From an uncultured Spirochaetota bacterium (GTDB taxonomy: Bacteria; Spirochaetota; Spirochaetia; SZUA-6; Fen-1364): a stretch of 64,000 bases of DNA. The stretch covers positions 2,016,001-2,080,000 of the forward strand of contig CAWGAA010000001.1 in NCBI GenBank assembly GCA_963820525.1, written 5' to 3'. The translations under genes were made by a program, and so were the position numbers. Numbering within the stretch: position 1 is the stretch's first letter; each line of letters starts with the position of its first letter. Below are positions 19,939-29,838 of this stretch, one piece after another. Below the pieces are notes generated by a model that was not told the DNA's origin, ran no database searches, and saw only the letters and a program-made list of their open reading frames with translations.

Positions 19939-21138
19939 TTAATCCGAGAGAGCCTTTACCACCTTTGCCTGGGCGTCCTTCAGGGCCTGCTCGGGAGTCT
20001 TGGCCTTGGTGAAGGCTTCCTGGAGCGCCGTAGAGATGGCGCTGGAGATGTCGGGCCACTTCGGGTGCGGACCACGGGGCATGGCGAACTGCATCTGCTC
20101 CGCGAACACCTTCAGGAGCCGGTCCGATTTCCAGAACGTGGAGCCGTTCATGACGTCCGCGCGGGGAGGGAACTTGCCGCTCGACTTCATGTACTCCTCC
20201 ATCATGGGCGGGCTGGACATGAACTTCAGGAATGCCCAGGCTTCATCCGGATGCTGGGAGGAGGCCGTGATGCCCATGTTCTCGCCCCCGAGGACAGAGG
20301 AGAACTTCTTGTCCCGGGGAATTTTGGCGAGGTACCAGTTCATCGTGGGCGCGTCGGTCTGGACCGCCTGCAGGTTCCAGGGGCCGTTCACCATCATGGC
20401 GGCGCGGCCGGTGGCGAACTGTTTCTCCGCGTCGGCCTGGGTCCAGTTGATGACCTCGCTCGACATGGAGCCGTTCTTGATGAGATTGGTGAGGTAGGTG
20501 AGGGACCTGATCGACTCGGGGCTGTCGAGCTTGGTGATCGTAGCGCCCGAGGAGAGCAGCCAGGGCAGGTACTGGAAGGTGCCTTCCTCGTTTCCCACGG
20601 CGGAGATGGCCAGCGCGTACACGCCCGGCTTGGTCAGCTTCTTGGCGGCCGCGGAAAGATCGTCCCATGTCACCGGAGGGTTGACGCCCGCTTTTTTCAG
20701 CATGTCGACGTTGTAGTACAGGGCCAGACAGTTGGAGTTCTGGGGCACGCCGTAGACCTTGCCCTGGTACGTGCAGGAGAGCCATGGGCCTTCGAAGAAC
20801 TTGCCCTTGCCTTCCCATCCCTTCACCTTGTCGGTGATGTCGAGGAAGAGCCCCATCGCCGAATAGGAAGCGTGGTCCGGGTTGTCGACCATGGCGATGT
20901 CGGGAAGGTTTCCGCCGGCAAGCCCGATGGTGTACTGCCGGTTGAGCTCCTCACGGGGAAGCATCTGGGCGACGACCTTGATCTTGGTCTGCGAGGCGTT
21001 GAAGTCGTCGATCACTTTTTGGAAGGGGACGGCCTCGAAGCCCGCCCAGTAGTGCCAGACCGTGACCTGCACGGGATCCGCAAAGGCCAGTCCGGCCAGC
21101 AGGAGAATACCGAGAGAGAGCAGGAGAATCTTTTTCAT
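19939..21138 (-). CDS. Sugar ABC transporter substrate-binding protein
   Basis: Signal peptide, LYYNVDML, AAMMVNGPW, LGGE motifs. Confidence 0.92.
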   Translation of the reverse strand: MKKILLLSLGILLLAGLAFADPVQVTVWHYWAGFEAVPFQKVIDDFNASQTKIKVVAQMLPREELNRQYTIGLAGGNLPDIAMVDNPDHASYSAMGLFLDITDKVKGWEGKGKFFEGPWLSCTYQGKVYGVPQNSNCLALYYNVDMLKKAGVNPPVTWDDLSAAAKKLTKPGVYALAISAVGNEEGTFQYLPWLLSSGATITKLDSPESIRSLTYLTNLIKNGSMSSEVINWTQADAEKQFATGRAAMMVNGPWNLQAVQTDAPTMNWYLAKIPRDKKFSSVLGGENMGITASSQHPDEAWAFLKFMSSPPMMEEYMKSSGKFPPRADVMNGSTFWKSDRLLKVFAEQMQFAMPRGPHPKWPDISSAISTALQEAFTKAKTPEQALKDAQAKVVKALSD

Positions 21139-21232
21139 CTCAACCTCCTTCTAGAAGCGTTTCCCCAGCCTAAGGGGCTTTCCGCGTACCGTAAATTGGA
21201 CGATTTTCAGAAAGATGCAGTTTCTTAATATT

Positions 21233-22675
21233 TCATGCGTGAAGGCGCGAGTATTCCCGGGGCGAGAGCCCCGTGTGCTTCTTGAAGACGCGGCAGAAAT
21301 ACCGCGGGTCCGCTATGCCGACATTCCGCGCCACCTCGAATACCCTGCCTTCGCCGGATGCCAGAAGCCGCTTCGCCTCATTGATGCGACATTCGACGAC
21401 GAAGAGGCTGAAGTTCTTGCCCGTCTCCTTCAGGAAGAGCGAGCTCAAGTATTCCGGGGTGAGACCGATCCGCTGGGCCGCCTCTTCCAGGGAAATCCTG
21501 CCGCGGTAGCCGGTTCGAACGTAGTTGAGCGCCTGCCTGATGGGGAGGCTGTGCGCGTCCAGGGAGGCTGCGGATGTGCTTCCTGCCGTCGATGAGATGA
21601 AGTCTTCGATGATGATGCACAGCTCCCGCGCGCTTCGAAAACCCTCGACGCGCTGGAGGATGTTTTTTTCTACAATTGACCTGAAACGCGGATAATCCAC
21701 CTCCTTCAGGAGGTTGGCGATGGTGAAAAAGAAACGGAAAGCGATTTCCTCGAGACGCACGGGCGAATAGCCGCCTGAGATACAGAAGGCGCGAAAGTCG
21801 CTCATCGCGGCCTCCAGCATACCCGGATCTCCGGAACGAAGCGCGCCGAGAACCGCGCTTTCAACAGCCACTGGATACTCGGGCTTCCGGCACGGGGTGC
21901 GTGCTATCAGCTCGGCGTGGATCACTTTGAGAGGCCCAACGAGCATCGACCATTTGAGGCTTTTAGAAAGCTCCGCAAGGAGCTTTCGAGGGTCTCCCCC
22001 TTCGGGGAACGGGCACGCAGAGCAGATGAGCCCTCCGCGAAGGAGACGGCCCTTCGCCGTTTCCATCTCGTCCTCCAGCGCCTGGATGAATCGCTGGAAG
22101 GTGGCGGTGTGAGCGACATGGAAGAGCAGGCTCGCGGGATCGGGGCGCTCCATAAGCGTGACGCCATCCGCTCCAGCTCGCCTGGCGCTTCTCCTGAGCA
22201 CGGGGGAGAGGATCTTCTCGGAATCGGGTGAGCGATCCGGCGAATGGAAGAGAAGAAGCGCCCCCGCCGCCAGGCGGAGAGGCGGATGCGGGACGTCGGC
22301 CGCCGCCGGGCTTTCCGAGGATATCTTTTTCAGGACCTCCTCGATGGCCTGCGCGGTTATGGGCTTTAAAAGGTAGTCCCTGACTCCCAGCACTATCCCC
22401 TGCTTTGCGTAGTCGAACTCGGCATAGCCGGAGAGGATCACGAACTTGGACGCGCACCCCTGCGAGCGCAGGCCCCGGATCATCTCCAATCCGTCCATCT
22501 CGGGCATCTTGATGTCGGTGATCACAAGCTCGGGGGAGAGCTTCCCGACTATCTCCTTGCCCTCCCTGCCGTTTCGCGCCTGGCCGACGACGCGATAGGA
22601 GGCGTCGAGGCGCGAGATGAGACGGACGAGACCTTCCCGGGGCTTCGACTCGTCTTCGACAACCACAATCCTCAT
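21233..22675 (-). CDS. Response regulator with AraC HTH (YesN-like)
   Basis: REC (VVEDE, ITDIKMPEMDG, YLLKP) plus C-terminal AraC (YFCRVFKKHTGLSPREY). Confidence 0.93.
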   Translation of the reverse strand: MRIVVVEDESKPREGLVRLISRLDASYRVVGQARNGREGKEIVGKLSPELVITDIKMPEMDGLEMIRGLRSQGCASKFVILSGYAEFDYAKQGIVLGVRDYLLKPITAQAIEEVLKKISSESPAAADVPHPPLRLAAGALLLFHSPDRSPDSEKILSPVLRRSARRAGADGVTLMERPDPASLLFHVAHTATFQRFIQALEDEMETAKGRLLRGGLICSACPFPEGGDPRKLLAELSKSLKWSMLVGPLKVIHAELIARTPCRKPEYPVAVESAVLGALRSGDPGMLEAAMSDFRAFCISGGYSPVRLEEIAFRFFFTIANLLKEVDYPRFRSIVEKNILQRVEGFRSARELCIIIEDFISSTAGSTSAASLDAHSLPIRQALNYVRTGYRGRISLEEAAQRIGLTPEYLSSLFLKETGKNFSLFVVECRINEAKRLLASGEGRVFEVARNVGIADPRYFCRVFKKHTGLSPREYSRLHA

Positions 22676-24468
22676 GCCTTCTCCAATGGGCGGGGAACAC
22701 GGATGGACACGCGCGTACCCTTGCCCGGCTCGCTTTCGATTCTCACCTCCCCCGCATCACCGTAGTACGCCGCGATGCGGCTCACGGCATTGGAAATGCC
22801 GATATGGGACCGATCGCTCGAGAGGGAGCTTTCCAGGGTCTCCTTGCTCATCCCGCAGCCGTTGTCCTGGATCAGGATCGACAGCGCGCCCCGCTCTCCC
22901 GGGGCTATCTCTATCTTCAGGAGCCCTCCGCCGCTGACATTCGCGAAGCCGTGCACGATCGCGTTCTCCAGAAAGGGCTGCATGAGAAGCTTATAGACGG
23001 GGAACGATTCCACCGCGAGGTTGACGCGCAGATCGAGATCGAAAGCGTGGCTGAATCTGACCTGCTGGATCTCGACATACTGCCGGATCCATTCGACCTC
23101 CTCCGCGACCGTCACCACGCCGTTGCTCTTGCTGATGCCGTAGCGCAGGATCCGGCCGAGGCCGGATACCATGGCGCTGATCTCGTTTTCGTTCTTCTCG
23201 ATGGCCATCCAGTTGATGCAGTCCAGCGTATTGTAGAGGAAATGCGGGTTCAGCTGGGCTTCCAGGGCTCGGATCTCCGATTCCTTGCGCTTCTGCGTCT
23301 CGGTGTACACCGCGTCCCTCTCGTGCTGGAGCTTCACCATGAGCGCATGGATCTCCTCTATCATTTCATCGAAGCCGCGTGCCAGGTAGGAAAACTCGTC
23401 GTTCCGCCCGGCGAGCTTCTCCGTCTTCACGAAATTCCCGCTCTGGGCCGAGCGCATGACGGACACAAGCTCGCCGACGGCACCGGAGAACCGCCTCGTG
23501 AACACGACGATGACGAAAAGGGAGACGAAGACCAGGCCGCCCATGAGGAGGAAGCTCGCGAGCGCCAGGATATCGACCTCGCGGAAGAACGCGTCTCGGC
23601 TGACCACGCTCACGATGGTCCAGCCGAGGTCGGGCACGCGAACGCGGTTGATGAAGGTCCTTCCTGCGGTGAGCAGGGCGTTCTGCTTGAGGAATCGCGA
23701 AAGCTCGCCATCCGTCGGGGACGTGCCGTCGGAGCCTTCGATGCCCTTGCCGATGAGGGCCTTGACGGGAAACGACACGATGCGGCCGTTTGAATCGAGG
23801 ATGAACGTGATCGAGTTCCTCATCCCGGAGCAGATCTCGGCAAGGATCCGCTCGTCGATGCTCAATACGAGGACGCCCAGCAGCTTGTGGTCTCGAAGGT
23901 CGTAGTACGGCAGGGGGAGGTGAAAGAGGTTCTTGACCAGAGGGGCCGGCGTCGCGTAGGTCATCGACATCGTAGGGATGACGGCGGAACGCCCCGCCTT
24001 TCCCGCGTCGTAGAGCAGGGTTTTTGTCGCTTTCAGGGTGAGGGGCGATTGGCCCAGAGAGTCTATCCCCTTCTCGTATCCAGAGATCTCCAGGTTGGGC
24101 CAGATGAAGGTGATGGCCTGGATCTCGTCCTTGCTGAAAGCCAGGGAGAAAAAACGCGTTTTCAGCTGCTTGTTGGTAACCGCTTTTTCGGTGGCATCCC
24201 CCGACTCGAAGCCCCTGATCAGGGGGAAAAGCGATTCGTCGCCGAAGATCTGCAGGAGCAGGTATCGATACGCGTCATTGTGGCTCTCGAGGTTCTTGCC
24301 GATCTGGGCGAGGTTGCTGTCGATCAGCGCGGCAACGCGGCGGGAGAAATAGATGGAAGAAAACCCGTACATGAGCATGGTGATGACGAGGATGGGGAGG
24401 ACGGAGATGAAGATGTACATGAATATCAATTTCGCCCGTATACCGAACGGGCGGATCAATGGAAACAT
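22672..24468 (-). CDS. Sensor histidine kinase (YesM/LytS-type, Cache-HAMP)
   Basis: AQLNPHFLYNTL, QPFLENAIVHG, DNGCGM, HIGISN. Confidence 0.93.
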   Translation of the reverse strand: MFPLIRPFGIRAKLIFMYIFISVLPILVITMLMYGFSSIYFSRRVAALIDSNLAQIGKNLESHNDAYRYLLLQIFGDESLFPLIRGFESGDATEKAVTNKQLKTRFFSLAFSKDEIQAITFIWPNLEISGYEKGIDSLGQSPLTLKATKTLLYDAGKAGRSAVIPTMSMTYATPAPLVKNLFHLPLPYYDLRDHKLLGVLVLSIDERILAEICSGMRNSITFILDSNGRIVSFPVKALIGKGIEGSDGTSPTDGELSRFLKQNALLTAGRTFINRVRVPDLGWTIVSVVSRDAFFREVDILALASFLLMGGLVFVSLFVIVVFTRRFSGAVGELVSVMRSAQSGNFVKTEKLAGRNDEFSYLARGFDEMIEEIHALMVKLQHERDAVYTETQKRKESEIRALEAQLNPHFLYNTLDCINWMAIEKNENEISAMVSGLGRILRYGISKSNGVVTVAEEVEWIRQYVEIQQVRFSHAFDLDLRVNLAVESFPVYKLLMQPFLENAIVHGFANVSGGGLLKIEIAPGERGALSILIQDNGCGMSKETLESSLSSDRSHIGISNAVSRIAAYYGDAGEVRIESEPGKGTRVSIRVPRPLEKA

Positions 24469-24626
24469 CGCGTAATGATACCGCCGTCCCAGCCGCCGTC
24501 AAGGCGGATGCACTGGTAGCGTCCGCTCTCGCAAATCCGTGGTTGGCGGCGAGGCGTCCAGCAGGGGGGCCATCATAGCGGTCAAAAAGCCGGCTTGGCG
24601 TGAGAGATGGGTCGCAAAAAAAATAC

Positions 24627-24672
24627 TTGACACGTTGGGATTTCAAGGCTACTGTATAAACAGGCATTTATA
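24627..24672 (+). promoter_or_regulatory. Putative sigma70 promoter and ArsR operator
   Basis: TTGACA-17 bp-TACTGT (24627-24655) with adjacent palindrome TATAAA-N6-TTTATA (24655-24672). Confidence 0.6.
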
Positions 24673-24675
24673 TCT

Positions 24676-24975
24676 ATGGCAATTTATATGGCGGAGCTGG
24701 AAACTTTAAGTGCGCTTTTTCAGACTCTTGCGGACGTCAATCGCCTGCGGATCATTTTCTTCTTGGGGCAGGATGAGCGGTCCGTGAATGAGGTCGTGAA
24801 GGCTCTCAAGCTCTCACAACCCCTGGTGTCCCACCACTTGAAGGTTCTGAAGCAGGTCGCGATCGTGCAGACCACACGAGATGGCCCCTTTGTGCTTTAC
24901 CGGCTCACCGACAAGAAATTCACCGCGTCACTCAATCGCTTCCTCTCTGTATTCGAGGAGAAAAGCGAGAATTAA
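24676..24975 (+). CDS. ArsR/SmtB family transcriptional regulator
   Basis: FQTLADVNRLRII, SQPLVSHHLKVLK. Confidence 0.9.
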   Translation: MAIYMAELETLSALFQTLADVNRLRIIFFLGQDERSVNEVVKALKLSQPLVSHHLKVLKQVAIVQTTRDGPFVLYRLTDKKFTASLNRFLSVFEEKSEN

Positions 24976-24985
24976 AGGGGGTTCT

Positions 24986-25549
24986 ATGGGATTAAAGGAA
25001 CGGATGATGGATGGCATGATGGACAAGATGTCCGCCGAGGAAAAACAAAAGGCCATGGAAGCAATGATGGAGAAGTTCCTTGACGGGCTTCCATCCGAGG
25101 AACGCGGCAAAATGATGGAGGGTATGATGGAGAAGTTTCTCGGCGGCATGAGCGCTGAGGAACGGAACGCCATGATGGCTCGCATGATGCCCAAAATGAT
25201 GGGGTCCATGATGGGAGGAAGAGGCCCAATGGGCATGATGAACATGATGATGGGCGGCGGCCAAAGCTCTGAAGGCGACGCAGAAATGCCGTGGGACATG
25301 TGCCAGAAAATGATGAATACAATGACCGAAGGCACGCAGACCGCGCGTTTTGCCACGCCCGAGGTGCGCGGACTTTTCGACGAATGGGCCGCGCAAATCG
25401 AGGAAGAGATGCTCCAATTCGCAAAGGAAACGGGCGAGGTGGACGTGGAGAAGGCTGCCGAGCACTTCAAGCTGTCGAAGGAAAGCACGATCTATTTCCT
25501 GACCCGCCTGGCTCAAAAGGGAAAGATAACATTCGGAAACAAGGAGTAG
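24986..25549 (+). CDS. Methionine-rich hypothetical protein with possible C-terminal winged helix
   Basis: About 34 Met in 187 aa, ~19-aa repeats (MMEKFL.G(M/L).(S/A)EER); RBS AAGGGGG; coupled to neighbours. Confidence 0.75.
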   Translation: MGLKERMMDGMMDKMSAEEKQKAMEAMMEKFLDGLPSEERGKMMEGMMEKFLGGMSAEERNAMMARMMPKMMGSMMGGRGPMGMMNMMMGGGQSSEGDAEMPWDMCQKMMNTMTEGTQTARFATPEVRGLFDEWAAQIEEEMLQFAKETGEVDVEKAAEHFKLSKESTIYFLTRLAQKGKITFGNKE

Positions 25550-25551
25550 AA

Positions 25552-26385
25552 ATGGAATCCACGTATTTGCAGGATACCATCGGTGCAGATTGCGCGTGTT
25601 CGACTGAAAAATGCGACATGCTCGATTTCATGGCCCAACACATGGGCATGAAGGTGCTGCACCCGGGCGGCTTCCAGGCCACGAACAGGCTGGTGGAGGC
25701 CATGCGACTGGAGGGCGGACCGGGCCTGCTGGACATCGCCTGCGGCAAGGGTACAAGCAGCCTCTATTTCGCGAAAACTCTCGGGTGCCAAGTCACCGGC
25801 ATAGACATGAACGAGGTGCTTTTGCGCACGGCGGAAAAGGACGCGCGAAAAAAGAGAACCGGAAAAAGGATCATTTTCAAGCTCGGCAACGCGGAGGCCC
25901 TTCCCTTTGAAGACAACGCCTTCGACGCCGCCGTGTTTCAGGCCGTGCTTGTGCTCGTGGATGACATGGAAAAGGCCGTGTCCGAGTCCTTTCGCGTACT
26001 ACAGCCCGGCGGCACACTCGGCATGCTTGAAATCTGCTGGCTCAAGGAACCAACGCCTGAGTTGCTGGAGATCGCGAAAAGAGACGTGTGCGCTTATTGT
26101 ATCGCGCGGGCGAAAACCGTGGGGGGGTGGAGGGACCTGCTCATGCGCGCCGGGTTCGCTATCAACCACCTGTCGAGCTATTCAATGGAATCGCAACGCA
26201 TCGGGAGCGACGAAACCATCGGTACAATGATGAAAGCAATGTTCAAGATGGCCGTCGACCCCTCGATCAGAAACCGGATAAAGAAGCTGAACAACTTTTT
26301 CAGTGAGGCCAAGGGCTATTTGGGCTATGCCATCGCTGTGGGGATCAAGCCATCGCGGTCTGCGGATTCAATGGAATCCGCCTGA
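25552..26385 (+). CDS. Class I SAM-dependent methyltransferase
   Basis: LHPGG, LLDIACGKG, LPFEDNAFD, RVLQPGG; RBS AAGGAG. Confidence 0.9.
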   Translation: MESTYLQDTIGADCACSTEKCDMLDFMAQHMGMKVLHPGGFQATNRLVEAMRLEGGPGLLDIACGKGTSSLYFAKTLGCQVTGIDMNEVLLRTAEKDARKKRTGKRIIFKLGNAEALPFEDNAFDAAVFQAVLVLVDDMEKAVSESFRVLQPGGTLGMLEICWLKEPTPELLEIAKRDVCAYCIARAKTVGGWRDLLMRAGFAINHLSSYSMESQRIGSDETIGTMMKAMFKMAVDPSIRNRIKKLNNFFSEAKGYLGYAIAVGIKPSRSADSMESA

Positions 26386-26397
26386 TTCATTGCCGTT

Positions 26398-27246
26398 TCA
26401 CATCTGGGCTTCGTACGAAGCCGGTTTGGCCGGCGTGAACCACTGATTGATACCGGCGAGGTGGTATTTGCCGAAAACTTTGCCTGCTTCCTGTTCGACG
26501 AAACCGGAAGCCTCAGCGGCGATCACCAGACGGCCGCCGGCGATGGCTTTCGCCGAGGTTTCAAGCATTGCTGTCACATCATTCTCGAAGTCAGCTGCGA
26601 TCTTTTGATCCTGTTCACTTGATTGGGGCAGCATGCCCCGAAAGAAACCCATGACGACGTTTACCCGGAGGGTGTTGCCCATATCGACCTTCCAGCCGCC
26701 GCCGCCTTTCACCAGCGCTATCCAGGCCGCGCGCCACTCCAGGGGCACCGGGCTTTCGGCGGGCGGGATGTTGCCGCGGGTGAGCCTTATCGGTACTCGC
26801 GCCGTGTTCCCATTGACCTGGATGTATTGGTCGTCCAGGTTTTCGAGCGTTTTCTCAATCAGCACTTCGAAGCCGCCGTCTATCCTGGGGAAAAAGACGA
26901 ACGAGAATCCTTTGAATTGCATCGGATCCTTGAAGAACTTCGCGGCCCAGGCGTCCTGCAGACTGCGGATCGCGCCATTTTGATGCATCGCCGCCATGAC
27001 CATCGCACCGGCTCCATCGTTGGAAACAATCATACAGCGATCGATGGCCGGCTTGTCATTGGCGCGGATTGCTTTTGCCAAAAGCTCCAGCGCGGCCCGG
27101 ATCTTTTGCTTTTCCGCATCGGTGGGAAGCGAGGCCTCCCCTTGGTTGGCGAGGGATGCGCAGGCCATGAAAACAAGCGTGAATAAAAACATCTCGATTA
27201 TCAGCGCGATCCGTGTCCAATGCTTTGCTTTCCATGCATTTTTAAT
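26398..27246 (-). CDS. Hypothetical exported/lipoprotein (start uncertain: ATT 27246 or ATG 27192)
   Basis: Long open frame, hydrophobic stretch ending VFMAC, NTF2-like WKVD motif. Confidence 0.6.
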   Translation of the reverse strand: MKNAWKAKHWTRIALIIEMFLFTLVFMACASLANQGEASLPTDAEKQKIRAALELLAKAIRANDKPAIDRCMIVSNDGAGAMVMAAMHQNGAIRSLQDAWAAKFFKDPMQFKGFSFVFFPRIDGGFEVLIEKTLENLDDQYIQVNGNTARVPIRLTRGNIPPAESPVPLEWRAAWIALVKGGGGWKVDMGNTLRVNVVMGFFRGMLPQSSEQDQKIAADFENDVTAMLETSAKAIAGGRLVIAAEASGFVEQEAGKVFGKYHLAGINQWFTPAKPASYEAQM

Positions 27247-27247
27247 A

Positions 27248-28180
27248 TCAAGACCTCTTTTCAAACGGGACAAACTTCGGAATAAGCAAAGACGGCGAAG
27301 ATCTAGGCGTATTCCTGACAAAGTCATTGAGCGCTTTCAAAGGGAGCTTTGATTCAGGGAACAGGTCACGGATTTTATAAGCATGAGCGCCTTTTTTGAA
27401 CTCATCTTCGAATTTCAACTTTACCACTTCCGCAAAATTATGGAAAAAATAGACATATATCTCGTTATTGTTCAAATCGAAAATGTTTGAATAAACGGTG
27501 AAAACCCCGCTCCCAGAGGGGTTTTCCACGTGAACGAGGTTGAGAATCGAGCGGAAATTCTCAACGTTCGGGTCACTATTGTCATTAAGTTTTTCGGTTG
27601 CCATTTCAAACCTGTCGCATGGATATCCGCCTTTATTGCGATTGTTCGGGAAGAAATTTGTGCAGACCATGAAACTCCCTTGTTTGCGAATAATATCCAC
27701 GTCTTCGCCGTTTTTCCCGGGACCTCCAATTATTACGGCGTCTCCTTTCCGGTCGACAACCATCAACTGCCCCTGTGTTGCGAGATCCTGAAAAGCATAT
27801 TCATCGACTACTTTCAATACTTCCTCAACGGTTGCACATTCTTCCATGATTTTATCCATCAAAGGCCGGTCGTACAGTTTCTTATTCCCGGAGAATTTCA
27901 GATTGGAAGGAGGCGTTGAAGCACCGTCAAAACACAATCCGTGGTCATTCATGCCCCCCTGCGGGAATCCGTTATTGTACCCGAAATACAATCTGCCGTA
28001 TTTTCCGGCTTCCGGCGGGAAAAACCATATATTCGTATCGGCATCCATAAAATCCTCATTATTGCCGAACCAGGTCTTTCCGTTCAGGGTTGACATGAAA
28101 AAGGTGCAGGCAAAGCCGGAATAATTTATCAAAAAAATAAACATAGAAACAAAGAGAATTCTATTCAACATATTTTTCAA
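27248..28180 (-). CDS. Exported Ntn-hydrolase (C45/linear amide C-N hydrolase-like)
   Basis: Signal peptide followed by nucleophile Cys (FA|CTFF), GNNED, GGMNDHGL, TNF, TVYSNIFDL. Confidence 0.8.
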   Translation of the reverse strand: MKNMLNRILFVSMFIFLINYSGFACTFFMSTLNGKTWFGNNEDFMDADTNIWFFPPEAGKYGRLYFGYNNGFPQGGMNDHGLCFDGASTPPSNLKFSGNKKLYDRPLMDKIMEECATVEEVLKVVDEYAFQDLATQGQLMVVDRKGDAVIIGGPGKNGEDVDIIRKQGSFMVCTNFFPNNRNKGGYPCDRFEMATEKLNDNSDPNVENFRSILNLVHVENPSGSGVFTVYSNIFDLNNNEIYVYFFHNFAEVVKLKFEDEFKKGAHAYKIRDLFPESKLPLKALNDFVRNTPRSSPSLLIPKFVPFEKRS

Positions 28181-28192
28181 TCTACCTCAATA

Positions 28193-29836
28193 TTATTCGG
28201 TTGGGATAAACTCAACATCGTCGAGGTAAAAATTATCACCTCCCGCCTCATTATAAGTGCAGTACCATTCCAATGTGTGTTCGCCACTTGGAATTTGAAA
28301 AATATATTCCTTCCAACTAAAATAGGTTGAATTTGTGAACAATTGCATAGAAGTATCTATGGAAAAAGCTAATGAATAATCCGGATGTATTTGAACCCCA
28401 ACTCCATAAACGCCACCTTGTAGCCAAAATTTGACAATTTGTGGTCCGGTAATGGTCTTTCGCAGCCAGCTGGTTTGGCCTGCAATTGTGCAAGTTCCAT
28501 TTCTAGCGGAATAGCTTCCAGAATGTGTTCTACTATTTAAGAACCAAGGATAATCCCCTCCGGTACTCCATGAGCTCGGCATCCCATTCTCGAAACCTTC
28601 GAACTCTCCAATGGCGATAGTCTTTGTTGTAGAAGAGGTAAGGCCACTACTGTTTTTTACTCCAAGTTTCACAGTAAATGTGGTTTTTTGCACACTGAAC
28701 TGATGTGTAATCGTCGCTGTTGTGGAGTATCCTGTATCCCATGTACCATCATTCTCAAAATCCCAGCGGTATTCGAGGCTTCCTCCACCCGGATTGGTGG
28801 AACTGGATGCATCAAATGAGAATGGTGTATTTATTGTTCCGGCGGAAGGCGTTACGGTAAAAGAGGCCTGCGGGCTCTGGCTGCTTGTGACGATAATATC
28901 CTTTGAAATACCCCCTGTAAGCTCATATTTATCTTTCGCTTCAAGTTTTACAGTATGCACGCCTGCAGTCGTATAGATATGTGTCGCTGTTTTTGTCGTT
29001 GTCCAATCCACGTCAAAGGTGCCATCGTTTTCAAAGTCCCAGCGTACTTTGATCTCGCTTAATGAGGTGTCGTCGTCCGATGCTGAGGCATCAAAGGTAA
29101 TGGTCTCATTTATCCATGAACTTGCGGGAGACCAGGTGAAGTTTGCAAGCGGCGGCTGGCTTGAAACTACGTTTATATCCTGTGTTTTAAAACCTACAAG
29201 GTCGAACCTGTCCCTGACCTCAAGCCTTACGGTAAATGTTCCCGCTGTTTCAAAGATATGGGTCGTTATCTTTGTGGGAGTCCAGTCCACGTCGAATGAG
29301 CCGTCATTCTCAAAGTCCCAGCGTATTTCAAGCTCTTCCTGAGGCGTATCATCATCAGAGGAGCCGGACGCGTCAAAAGAAACCGCAGAGCCGACGGCGA
29401 TATTTGTAGGGGAGTGGCTAATGGAAGCGCTTGGCGCCTTGCTATCATAGGTCGTGACGGTCTTCGTTATCTTATCAGTATGCCCCTCATCATTCTTTAC
29501 CTCGAGCGTGCATTCATAGGTTCCCACACCTGGATATTGATAATAGGCTTTGGGATTCAGAGTAAAGGCTGTATCGAAGGTGCCGTCGTTTGTAAAGTCC
29601 CAGCGATATGAGAGTGCGCTTGCCGTAGGGCTTAAAGAGGCACTGCCATCAAGCTCTGCCGGTCCGTTTATCGCTACGGATAATCCCCCATTTGCCGTAA
29701 AATCCGCAGTAGGTATTGAATATTTCGCACTGCCTGGATCCCATGGGTTTTCCCTCAGTTTTTGAGGCTCACAAGAGAAGAACAAAGCTGCAATAATGAA
29801 TACTATAAACAAGAGCCTGTTTTTCATGATTGCCAC
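28193..29836 (-). CDS. Lipoprotein with four PKD domains and a C-terminal beta-sandwich domain
   Basis: FFSC lipobox, RENPWDP, four DAS.S...(Y/I/V)RWDF.NDG repeats. Confidence 0.88.
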   Translation of the reverse strand: MAIMKNRLLFIVFIIAALFFSCEPQKLRENPWDPGSAKYSIPTADFTANGGLSVAINGPAELDGSASLSPTASALSYRWDFTNDGTFDTAFTLNPKAYYQYPGVGTYECTLEVKNDEGHTDKITKTVTTYDSKAPSASISHSPTNIAVGSAVSFDASGSSDDDTPQEELEIRWDFENDGSFDVDWTPTKITTHIFETAGTFTVRLEVRDRFDLVGFKTQDINVVSSQPPLANFTWSPASSWINETITFDASASDDDTSLSEIKVRWDFENDGTFDVDWTTTKTATHIYTTAGVHTVKLEAKDKYELTGGISKDIIVTSSQSPQASFTVTPSAGTINTPFSFDASSSTNPGGGSLEYRWDFENDGTWDTGYSTTATITHQFSVQKTTFTVKLGVKNSSGLTSSTTKTIAIGEFEGFENGMPSSWSTGGDYPWFLNSRTHSGSYSARNGTCTIAGQTSWLRKTITGPQIVKFWLQGGVYGVGVQIHPDYSLAFSIDTSMQLFTNSTYFSWKEYIFQIPSGEHTLEWYCTYNEAGGDNFYLDDVEFIPTE

Positions 29837-29838
29837 CC

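Noticed and set aside
25552..26385. Calling the methyltransferase arsM
   Set aside because: The ArsM GCG.P signature was not recognised; Cys spacing differs
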